From an uncultured Gemmatimonadales bacterium (GTDB lineage Bacteria > Gemmatimonadota > Gemmatimonadetes > Longimicrobiales > Longimicrobiaceae), in contig OY970303.1 of NCBI GenBank assembly GCA_963716255.1, positions 8,224,001 to 8,288,000 on the forward strand: 64,000 bases of DNA, written 5' to 3'. Position numbers and translations under genes: made by a program. The notes under the pieces are model-generated. The model made no database searches. It was not told the origin of the DNA and worked only from the letters and a program-made list of their open reading frames with translations. This document shows, piece by piece, positions 50,728-58,926 of the stretch; within the stretch, counting starts at the first letter, position 1; every line of letters starts with the position of its first letter.

Positions 50728-51229
50728 TCAGCGCGAGCGTGGCGGCAGGGAGAGGTCCTCCCGGACCAGGATGAGGATGCGGGTCGCGGGCGCGACGGTG
50801 GTGGTGGAGCGGATCCCGCTCCCCCGGCTCACCAGGTCGCCTCCGACCTGGGCCAACTGCCCGGCAGCCCCGGCCGCGATCTGTCCGGCCCCTGGCGGCG
50901 CCTGACCGCTGCCCTGCCGCGCCTGGACGATCTGGAGACCGCCGCCGAGTACCGAGCCGGCGACGGCCGTGAGAAGGGCCGGGCCGTAGTGGGTGTCCAC
51001 CCGGGCCGGCACGCCGCCCGCCCCTGTCCGGTCCGCCGTGCCCAGCCCCGGGAGCGGCACGGTCACCCGGTCGGGGTACCGGAGGAGGTTCCAGCTGATG
51101 TCGACGCGCGCATCTCCCGACACCGGCGGGCGCGCCAGGCACCCGCTCACCCAGCTCCCCCGGGGGATGGCGGTCTGCCTCCCGGACCGGTCCCGGACGT
51201 ACTGCGTGACCTGGGCGATCACGTCTCCG
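50728..51229 (-). pseudogene. trbI: C-terminal fragment of VirB10/TrbI
   Basis: GDVIAQVTQ.V.D, IPRGS, ADRTGAGG...VDTHY, ILVREDL; 5' part missing. Confidence 0.8.
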
Positions 51230-51232
51230 CAC

Positions 51233-52282
51233 GATCGGGTACTCAGCGCCCTCGGCATCAAGCAGCCGCGCACGCTGCTGCAGCTGCTGGACGAACTCCA
51301 TGCGAAGCGGGAACGCACCTGGAAGCCCAGCTACAGGAAACAGCAGGAGCGCTATCGTCGCGAGTGGTTGAAGTGGCTTGGACCGGACGTACTCCTGTCC
51401 GACATCGACGCCGCGACAGTCGAGGACAAGCTCGCGCTGCAGATGGAGGTGCAGGAATGGGAGCCCCGCACGAGGAACGCCCGGGCCCGCTACCTCGTGG
51501 ACGCGTTCTACTTCGCGCAGCAGAAGCTGAAGTGGATCACCGAGGACGGGAACCTGAGCGCGGTCGACTTCCTGGCGCTCGACCAGGTCGGGCTGGAGCA
51601 CGAGGAGTGGGAACTCGATCTGCTCCGCGAGATCATAGACGAGATCGATCTCAGGCTGTCAGCGGCCTTCAGGATCGCCGACGATACGGGCCGCCGGATC
51701 CGGGCCATTACCCAGCTCCGCGTCGAGAACGTCAGCATCGAGACGGTATGGACGGACACGGCAGGCGAGATCACCCTGATGCGGCTGACGTTCCCCGGCG
51801 AGGTCGAGAAGAAGGGGAAGACCAGTTGGAGCTACGTGACGCCTGCCACCCGCGTGGTCATCGAGCGCCTCACGGCGACGCCCGCCGTCCAGGGCGCCGG
51901 CTGCCTGTTCCCCAATCGGCAGCGCCTCACGGTCCAGCCGGCCAAGAACGAAGCTGCCGAGATCCGTCCCGCCCAGCCGGAAGACCTGATCGAGCTTCTG
52001 CACCACGCCGAAGCACTGACCCAGGAGAGAGCCCGGGAGAACGGCTCGGGCAGGTTCGTGGAGCGGAAGAAGGCTCGGGCCTTCCACGGCATCAAGCGGG
52101 CTTCGGTCACGATCCAGGGCGCGGAGGCACGCAACTTGGAGATCGCCGCGAAGCAGTCCGGCACCTCGGTGCAGATGCTCCAGCAGCGGTACCATCAGCA
52201 GTCGCGCGAGGATGTCGCCGAGATGGTGCACTCGATCGAAGAGCGGAGGAAGCGCCGGGCCGCGCGCCGCACCGCAGGATGA
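51233..52282 (+). pseudogene. Tyrosine recombinase/integrase, apparently 5'-truncated
   Basis: TGRRIRAITQLRVENV box I, FHGIKR, RY nucleophile region; adjacent to tRNA/att; upstream part of the ORF is virB10 antisense. Confidence 0.8.
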
Positions 52283-52400
52283 GACCCGCCTTACCGGAAC
52301 GCACCGGGGCTCTTCCCTCGTCCGCAGTAGCCGGCGCCGGCTCTTGCTGGGTGCTGCCCCAGCCACTGGATCGGATGCCGCTTGGCACCCTCCTGACCAA

Positions 52401-52436
52401 ACGAGCCCCCTGTCGAACCGTCGACAGGGGGCTCGT
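52401..52436 (-). terminator. Intrinsic terminator of the island tRNA-Leu
   Basis: Perfect 16-bp stem ACGAGCCCCCTGTCGA-ACCG-TCGACAGGGGGCTCGT with a short T run on the minus strand. Confidence 0.7.
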
Positions 52437-52441
52437 CTCGA

Positions 52442-52522
52442 TGCCCGGGGCGGGACTCGAACCCGCAAGGCTCTCGCCAGAGGTTTTTAAGACCCCAGTG
52501 TTTACCATTTCACCACCCGGGC
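52442..52522 (-). tRNA. tRNA-Leu(UAA), intact, island-encoded (CCA not encoded)
   Basis: GCCCGGG acceptor, D-arm GTGAAATGGTAAACAC, GGGGT-CTTAAAA-ACCTC, long variable arm, GGTTCGAGTCC, discriminator A. Confidence 0.95.
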
Positions 52523-52532
52523 GAACATCCAG

Positions 52533-52554
52533 ATGGATGCAGGAACGGAGGCAA
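52533..52554 (+). repeat. 22-bp direct repeat, putative integrase arm-type site (right)
   Basis: Identical to 4529-4550. Confidence 0.8.
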
Positions 52555-52618
52555 TGACCCGATGAGCCAAAACCTAACCGCTTGCCACCGAACAGCCTAG
52601 CAGCCTAAACACAGAGGA

Positions 52619-52657
52619 TTTTAATTCGCCTGTGTTTACCGGTTTCACCACCCAGGC
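52619..52657 (-). pseudogene. 5' half of the split host tRNA-Leu (right att junction)
   Basis: Minus strand reads GCCTGGG TG GTGAAACCGGTAAACAC A GGCGA ATTAAAA, then non-tRNA sequence. Confidence 0.9.
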
Positions 52658-52693
52658 ACGCCGGAAAAGATAGCCGGCCCCGGCCCCGCGGCG

Positions 52694-53371
52694 CTACTTC
52701 CCCGCCCCGGCCGCCTCCCGCAGCGCGCGGAGGTTGTGCGCCACCCCGGCGCGGCGGTTGTACACCGCCGACCCCGCCACCACCACGGTGGCCCCGGCTC
52801 CCACCACCTCCGCGATGGTGTCCGGCGCGACGCCTCCGTCCACCTGCAGCTCCACCTCCCCGCCCCGCCCCAGCGCGTCGATCATCGCCCGCACCCGTGC
52901 GATCTTCGCGGTGCTGGTGGGGATGTACGACTGTCCCCCGAAGCCGGGATTCACCGACATCACCAGCACCAGGTCCACGTAGGGAAGGATCTCCGCGAGC
53001 GAGTCCACGGGCGTGGCCGGGTTCAGCGTGACCCCCGCCTTCGCGCCCAGTTCGCGGATCTGCTGCACCGTGCGGTGCAGGTGCGGGCACGTTTCCACGT
53101 GCACCGTCAGGTAGTCCGCACCCGCCTTCGCGAACGCCTCCAGGTAGCGCTCGGGGTGCTCGATCATCAGGTGCACGTCCACGGGGAGGCGCGTGGAGCG
53201 CCGCGCCGCCTCCGCGATCAGCGGCCCGATGGTGATGTTGGGGACGAAGTGGCCGTCCATCACGTCCACGTGGATCCAGTCCGCCCCCCCCTCCTCCGCC
53301 TCCCGGATCTGCTCGCCCAGCCGCGCGAAGTCGGCGGACAGGATCGACGGGGCGATCTTCACCGCGCTCAC
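52694..53371 (-). CDS. rpe: Ribulose-phosphate 3-epimerase
   Basis: IAPSILSADF, HVDVMDGHFVPN, MSVNPGFGGQ, VDGG. Confidence 0.97.
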   Translation of the reverse strand: MSAVKIAPSILSADFARLGEQIREAEEGGADWIHVDVMDGHFVPNITIGPLIAEAARRSTRLPVDVHLMIEHPERYLEAFAKAGADYLTVHVETCPHLHRTVQQIRELGAKAGVTLNPATPVDSLAEILPYVDLVLVMSVNPGFGGQSYIPTSTAKIARVRAMIDALGRGGEVELQVDGGVAPDTIAEVVGAGATVVVAGSAVYNRRAGVAHNLRALREAAGAGK

Positions 53372-54078
53372 CGCCCGCCCTCCCGCTCCACCACCCGCAC
53401 GCCTCCCGGTCCCGCCACCACCACCGCCGAGGCCAGCCCCAGGAACAGCCCGTTCTCCATCACCCCCACGCGGCCGTCCAGGCGCGCCTCCAGTCCCTCC
53501 GGGTCGTCGATCCCCCCGGGGAAGCGGCAGTCGAAGATCAGGTTGCCGCCGTCGGTGACGAGCGGGTCGCCGCCGGGGCCGGGGCGCAGCGTGGGCTCCG
53601 CGCCCAGCGAGCGCAGGAAGGCCGGCTGGGTCGCGGCGCCGAAGGGATCCACCTCCACCGGGAGCGGCGAGCGCGTCCCCAGCTTCGCCACCACCTTGGA
53701 CTCGTCCACGATGATCACCAGCCGCCGCGAGGCCACGGCGACGATCTTCTCGCGCAGGAGCGCCCCCCCCAGCCCCTTGATCAGGCGGAGCTCCGGGTCC
53801 ACCTCGTCCGCCCCGTCGATCGTCAGGTCCACCTGGGGCGCCTCGTCGAGCGTGCGCAGCGGGATCCCCAGCTCGCGGGCGCGCGCCGCCGTCTGCTCCG
53901 AGGTGGGGACGCCGACGATGGAGCCCCACTCGCCCGCCGCGCGCCGCTCCGCCAGGTGATCCAGGAGGTGGCGGACGGTGGAGCCCGTGCCCAGCCCCAC
54001 GGTCATCCCGTCGCGGATCCACTCCGCGGCGCGCTCGGCCGCCCTCCGCTTCAACGACTCCGCCGTCCCTGTCTGCAC
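53368..54078 (-). CDS. rpiA: Ribose-5-phosphate isomerase A
   Basis: GLGTGST, DGADE, IKG.GGALLREK. Confidence 0.97.
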   Translation of the reverse strand: MQTGTAESLKRRAAERAAEWIRDGMTVGLGTGSTVRHLLDHLAERRAAGEWGSIVGVPTSEQTAARARELGIPLRTLDEAPQVDLTIDGADEVDPELRLIKGLGGALLREKIVAVASRRLVIIVDESKVVAKLGTRSPLPVEVDPFGAATQPAFLRSLGAEPTLRPGPGGDPLVTDGGNLIFDCRFPGGIDDPEGLEARLDGRVGVMENGLFLGLASAVVVAGPGGVRVVEREGGR

Positions 54079-54171
54079 GTGCTCTCTCGCGTTCCGGGGT
54101 TTCCGCCACGCGGCCGGTCCGCCGCCGGGCGGGGAAAATGTAGCATCCTCCGCCCCGCCGTGCGAGGACGC

Positions 54172-54210
54172 AAAGGAAGAGGGGCCCCCGTTGCCGGGGA
54201 CCCCTCCTCG
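54172..54210 (-). terminator. Terminator hairpin (duplicated at 55807-55843)
   Basis: GAGGGGCCCCC-GTTGC-CGGGGACCCCTC stem downstream of both paralogs. Confidence 0.55.
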
Positions 54211-54238
54211 TCCTTCTCAGGTCCAGCCAGGGGAGAGC

Positions 54239-55426
54239 TTACCCGCGGACACCGCGGGCAGGCACCTCGTACTGGTAGGGCTGGAACTCGCACCCGGGCC
54301 GCACCGGGATGTAGACCACGTCCGGAGTGCCCGTGGCGCTCGCGTCCGTGAACACCCCCACGCCCTGGTAGTCGCTCGTCCGCGTCACGTCCGTCACCGA
54401 GACCACCCGCGGCAGACCGAACTTGACGTAGCGGCGGCCACCGATGGTGAGCGGCTCGTTGTTGATGTACCAGGTCGAGCCGGCCGCGTAGCCGGTCGTG
54501 GCCGGGTACGCCATGGCGAAGGCCTGACCGGCGACCATGGTGTCACCCGTGGCCGGGTTGTACATCGCCTCCACCTCGCGCAGCGCCGTCCCTTCCACCA
54601 CGCACACCCGGATCGCCTGCATGGACGGCGCCTCGATGACGGCCGGGGGCGGCGGGGGCGGAGCGACCGGCGGAACCATGATCTCCTCGGGCGCCGAGCC
54701 GCCGAAGCCGAACTTCAGGCCCAGCACCGCGCGGGGCGTGAAGGCGAACTTGTCCTGCGACGTCTGCTCGTTGTACACGTGCGCCGGCGAATCGTAGCCG
54801 TGCACCGCCACCTCGCCGAAGATCCCCATCCCGCTGCTCAGCGACAGGAGGTCGAAGCCCACGCCGATGTTGCCCTGGCCGACCGACGCGTACTCCGGGT
54901 CCTGCGAGAGGCAGATCCCCGCCGGGCGGTAGGCGCTCACGCAGGGGAAGCCCACCCCGCCCGGAGGCGTCGGGTTCCCGGCGATGTTGGTGGTCAGGCC
55001 GCCGCCGCCCAGGAACAGGTACGGGTTGGCGAGGAAGCTGCCCACCGTGGAGCTCAGGAACGCGGGCCGGAAGACAAGGTCCAGGTCGTACAGCCAGTTG
55101 TTCATCACGTACTCGTCGTCACCGTCCTCGAAGCCCGCGTCCGAATCCGCCTGCGGGAGCTGCGTGGGGAAGTACGCGCCGTGGATACGCACGCCGAACC
55201 CCGGGGTGGCCCAGTAGGTGGCCGCGGCCCCGAAGATCGGCCCGAAGCCGACCTGGTACCCCTCGTCGTTGATCTCGAACCAGCTGCTCGTCCATGACCC
55301 TCCCGCGTAGATCCCGAGGTCGAACACCGGGGGACGCCCGGGCGTCATCTCCTGAGCGACCGCGTCCGCTCCCGTCCCCGCCAGCGCAGCGGCAGCCACC
55401 AGGGCGGATGTCACCAATTTCTTCAT
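54239..55426 (-). CDS. Outer-membrane beta-barrel-like protein with Pro linker and C-terminal domain (paralog 1)
   Basis: Signal peptide, alternating aromatic strands (PYLFLGGG), PPPPP linker; GGAGAGG RBS. Confidence 0.75.
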   Translation of the reverse strand: MKKLVTSALVAAAALAGTGADAVAQEMTPGRPPVFDLGIYAGGSWTSSWFEINDEGYQVGFGPIFGAAATYWATPGFGVRIHGAYFPTQLPQADSDAGFEDGDDEYVMNNWLYDLDLVFRPAFLSSTVGSFLANPYLFLGGGGLTTNIAGNPTPPGGVGFPCVSAYRPAGICLSQDPEYASVGQGNIGVGFDLLSLSSGMGIFGEVAVHGYDSPAHVYNEQTSQDKFAFTPRAVLGLKFGFGGSAPEEIMVPPVAPPPPPPAVIEAPSMQAIRVCVVEGTALREVEAMYNPATGDTMVAGQAFAMAYPATTGYAAGSTWYINNEPLTIGGRRYVKFGLPRVVSVTDVTRTSDYQGVGVFTDASATGTPDVVYIPVRPGCEFQPYQYEVPARGVRG

Positions 55427-55871
55427 CGAGTCCTCTCCAGACTGGGTGATAGGAACTTTTCTTCCCACCGGGGAAGAGGTCCTTCGAAGCGGCGCATGTT
55501 CAAGAACAATGCCAGAGCCCTCACTCCGGGGCGCGCCTGCTTCTCGTACCATCTGTTTGTGCGCTTCACCTCCCTGACCGAAGGAGTTGCGGTTCCGCGT
55601 CCGTGCATCGTCTGGATCGTGGACACGCTTCCGGCCCGTGCCGCCCCGGTATGACAAACCGGCGCGCCCGTCTCCAGGCGCTCTCCGCGGCAGCGCGGGC
55701 CCGGTCAAGTTGGCATGTGTGGACAGGGCAGGTACCGTGCCACTCTCCCGAAAACGAGCCGGGAAAGCCCGGCCGGCCTCGCTTCCGCCACGCCGCGGGG
55801 ACGCATGAAAGCGGAGGGGCCCCCGTTGCCGGGGACCCCTCCTCATCCTCCAGGTCCAGCCAGGCGAGAGC

Positions 55872-57056
55872 TTACCCGCGGACGCCGCGGGCGGGCACTT
55901 CGTACTGGTAGGGCTGGAACTCGCACCCGGGCCGCACCGGGACGTAGACCACGTCCGGAGTGCCCGTGGCCGTCGACTCCGTGAACACGCCCACGCCCTG
56001 GTACTCGTTCGTGCGCGTCACCTCCGTCGACCCCACCACCCGCGGCAGGCCGAACTTGACGTAGCGGCGGCCACCGATGGTGAGCGGCTCGTTGTTGATG
56101 TACCAGGTCGAGCCGGCCGCGTAGCCGGTCGTGGCCGGGTACGCCATGGCGAAGGCCTGACCGGCGACCATGGTGTCACCCGTGGCCGGGTTGTACATCG
56201 CCTCCACCTCGCGCAGCGCCGTTCCCTCCACCACGCACACCCGGATCGCCTGCATCTCCGGGGCGGCCGGCGGGGGCGGAAGCACCGCGGGCGGCGGCGG
56301 CACGACCTCCGGCGCGGGCGGCGGCGGCAGGATGTCGCCGAACATGAACTTCAGCCCCAGGCTGGCGCGGGGCGTGAAGGCGAACTTGTCCTGCGCCGTG
56401 TTCTCGTTGTACACGTGGGCCGGCGAGTCGTAGCCGTGCACCGCCAGCTCGCCGAAGATCCCGAGCCCCGAGGAGATGGGGAACAGGTCCACGCCCGCGC
56501 CGAGCACGCCCTGGCCGACCGACGCGTACTCCGGGTCCTGCGAGAGGCAGATCCCCGCCGGGCGGTAGGCGCTCACGCAGGGGAAGCCCACCCCGCCCGG
56601 AGGCGTCGGGTTCCCGGCGATGTTGGTGGTCAGGCCGCCGCCGCCCAGGAAGAAGTAGACGGAGCTCATCGTCGGCGAGCCGGCGCTGAAGAAGAAGGGC
56701 CGGAAAACCAGATCCAGGTCGTACAGCCAGTTGTTCATCTCGTACTCGTCCCCGCCGTCCTCGAAGCCCGCGTCCGAATCCGCCTGGGGGAGCTGCGTGG
56801 GGAAGTACGCCCCGTGCAGCCGGACGCCGAAGCTGGGGCTCGCCCAGTACGTCGCCGCCGCCCCGAAGATGGGACCGAACCCGACCTGGTACCCCTCGTC
56901 GCCGATCTCGAACCAGCTGGTCGTCCAGGATCCACCCGCGTAGATGCCGAGGTCGAACAGAGAGGCCCTGCGCCCCATCATGTCCTGCGCCTGCACCTGC
57001 GTCGCACCCACCGCCAGACCGGCGGCCACCGCTGCCACGCTCAGTATTCTTCTCAT
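55872..57056 (-). CDS. Outer-membrane beta-barrel-like protein (paralog 2)
   Basis: Same architecture, with long tracts identical to paralog 1. Confidence 0.75.
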   Translation of the reverse strand: MRRILSVAAVAAGLAVGATQVQAQDMMGRRASLFDLGIYAGGSWTTSWFEIGDEGYQVGFGPIFGAAATYWASPSFGVRLHGAYFPTQLPQADSDAGFEDGGDEYEMNNWLYDLDLVFRPFFFSAGSPTMSSVYFFLGGGGLTTNIAGNPTPPGGVGFPCVSAYRPAGICLSQDPEYASVGQGVLGAGVDLFPISSGLGIFGELAVHGYDSPAHVYNENTAQDKFAFTPRASLGLKFMFGDILPPPPAPEVVPPPPAVLPPPPAAPEMQAIRVCVVEGTALREVEAMYNPATGDTMVAGQAFAMAYPATTGYAAGSTWYINNEPLTIGGRRYVKFGLPRVVGSTEVTRTNEYQGVGVFTESTATGTPDVVYVPVRPGCEFQPYQYEVPARGVRG

Positions 57057-57300
57057 CTGAGTCCTCTCCAGACCAGAGGTTTGGAGCCGCCGACTCCCTT
57101 GACGAAGGGCGGTCCCCCGACTGGCAGGCCGCACCGGGCCTGCCCTTCCCGACCACACATCACGGGTCTCCCATGGACCCGCACGAGAGCATCACGAGCC
57201 GTGCGACCTCCTTGTTCGGGTGAAGGCCGGCCCGGTGCCGGCCCGCTGCGCCGTCCCGCTCCCTCCGGACCCCCGGGCGGCGCCGCGTCCCCGCCGCGGC

Positions 57301-57780
57301 TCACGAGGGCGGCGTCAGGAACGCGGCCAGGATCGCGCCGAGCGCCGCGCCGTACACCACGTGCCCCACGGCGACCCCCACCGGCGTCCACCGCCCCCAC
57401 GCCATGCCGAAGCGTCCCGGGGGCGGAAGAAAACCGGATCGAACACAAGCACTAATCGTACCAAGGACCGGGAGGGCGGCCACCGCCGCGGCCCCGTGCA
57501 CCAGCCCCAGCAGCGCTCCGCCCCCCAGCGACACCCCCCCGGCCTGACGCAGCACCGACGCGTACAGCCACGCCACCGCGGTGGAGCCCAGCACGAAGAG
57601 CAGCACCAGCCCCAGGCTCTCGGTGAGCGGGAGCCGCGGGTTGCGCAGGAACAGGCACCCCAGCTGCGACGAGGGGCTGAACTGCGTGAGCCCGAAGGCC
57701 CTGAGCAACCAGAAGAAGGCCGCGGCGAGGGTGGTGGCCACGAGCCCCGCCCACAGGATCGCGCTCCAGGTGATCGTCAT
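57301..57780 (-). CDS. Hypothetical membrane protein
   Basis: Four hydrophobic helices, GHVVYGA. Confidence 0.7.
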   Translation of the reverse strand: MTITWSAILWAGLVATTLAAAFFWLLRAFGLTQFSPSSQLGCLFLRNPRLPLTESLGLVLLFVLGSTAVAWLYASVLRQAGGVSLGGGALLGLVHGAAAVAALPVLGTISACVRSGFLPPPGRFGMAWGRWTPVGVAVGHVVYGAALGAILAAFLTPPS

Positions 57781-57872
57781 CCGGCGTGTCCGGGGTGCGG
57801 GTCGGCAGGGAGCGGGGACGCGGCTCCCCCGGCGAGCACGTCGCGCGGGGGAGCCGGTTCGGTCTCATGCGA

Positions 57873-58592
57873 TCAGGGGAGGGGCTCGGCGCCCGCGGGG
57901 AGGGCCCCGGAGACCGGCGAGTCGGCGAGCTTCCCGGAGACCGGCGGCTCGGCCAGCCGCCGTCCCTCCCGCACGTGCGACAGCGCGGGGAGCACCTCGT
58001 CCGCGACCGTCCGCAGCGACCGGTTGAAGATCACGTCCGAGACGCCGTCGGGGATGGACATGGTCTCCAGGTACAGCTCCACCGCCTCCGCGAGCGACAC
58101 CTCCTCCGACAGCGCCTTGGCGAAGATCAGCGAGTTCTCCACGTGCGTGGCGAACAGGTCGTCCTCCGCCCGCGCCGCGGCCAGGTTGATGCGGTGGCGC
58201 AGGTCCTCCTGCACGCGCCCGCGGATGCGGCGCCGCACCCGCGAGAACACCGCGTCGAAGCGGCCGCCCGCTCCCCGGTCCTCCGGCTCCTCCTCGCGGT
58301 CGGCCGAGTCGGCCATGGCGTCCAGGTCCAGCTCCGCCACCTCGGGGAGCCCCGAGCGCCGCCCGATCGCCGCCAGCGAGCGGCTCCCCACGTTGCGCGA
58401 CTGCTCCGGGTTGAGCCGGAGGATGCGGACGTAGATGTCGAGGGCGGAGTCGAAGGGGAGCTGGTCGGACACCAGGTCCACCAGCGCGAGGACGTGCCGT
58501 ACGTGCGTGGCGAGGAGCCGCTCCTGGCAGACCGCCGTGGTGAGGTCCACCTGCCGCTGCAGCGCGCGCGACGTGTTCCGATTCAGTGCCAC
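57873..58592 (-). CDS. Hypothetical helical protein with an internal repeat
   Basis: Repeated 'DL..A...E.L.ATHV' units; GC3-rich frame; GTG start. Confidence 0.7.
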   Translation of the reverse strand: MALNRNTSRALQRQVDLTTAVCQERLLATHVRHVLALVDLVSDQLPFDSALDIYVRILRLNPEQSRNVGSRSLAAIGRRSGLPEVAELDLDAMADSADREEEPEDRGAGGRFDAVFSRVRRRIRGRVQEDLRHRINLAAARAEDDLFATHVENSLIFAKALSEEVSLAEAVELYLETMSIPDGVSDVIFNRSLRTVADEVLPALSHVREGRRLAEPPVSGKLADSPVSGALPAGAEPLP

Positions 58593-58706
58593 CTTACGCC
58601 ACCTCCCCTGTGTATCCGTCGTGACCGGACGTGCCGATTCGTGTCGCTCCCGGGCCCCGGATCTAGCAAGTTCCATTCCCCGTTCCGGACCGGACGGACC
58701 GACGGC

Positions 58707-58841
58707 GGGGTTTGGGCGTGCCCCCGCTGGCGCGGGGTCGGGCTGCGGCTCCGTAGCACACGAAACAACCGTGTGCAACGGAGGCGAGCCCCGGGAAACT
58801 GCCCCCGGGTCTCGCCGCTTCGCGCTCGCATCCCTCACGCA
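58707..58841 (-). repeat. Multi-hairpin intergenic repeat, family B copy 2
   Basis: Colinear with 2459-2594. Confidence 0.85.
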
Positions 58842-58868
58842 GGCATCGCGCTGGCGTCCGCGGGGCAC

Positions 58869-58901
58869 AAAACAAAAACGGACCGCGAAGCGCGGTCCGT
58901 T
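58869..58901 (-). terminator. Intrinsic terminator of secG
   Basis: AACGGACCGCG-AAG-CGCGGTCCGTT stem followed by a T tract on the minus strand. Confidence 0.8.
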
Positions 58902-58926
58902 CTCGGGGGTCTGCCTTCCGTGCGCG

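Larger units (their letters stand above)
4446..52618. mobile_element. Decayed integrative (ICE-like) genomic island inserted in a tRNA-Leu anticodon loop
   Basis: Complementary tRNA halves at the two ends, tyrosine recombinase next to the right end, virB10/virD4/traF remnants, 22-bp repeat near both ends. Confidence 0.9.

Noticed and set aside
50993..51232. N-terminal 80 codons of the 429-aa integrase ORF
   Set aside because: This stretch encodes VirB10-like sequence on the opposite strand, so it is probably not real integrase sequence.
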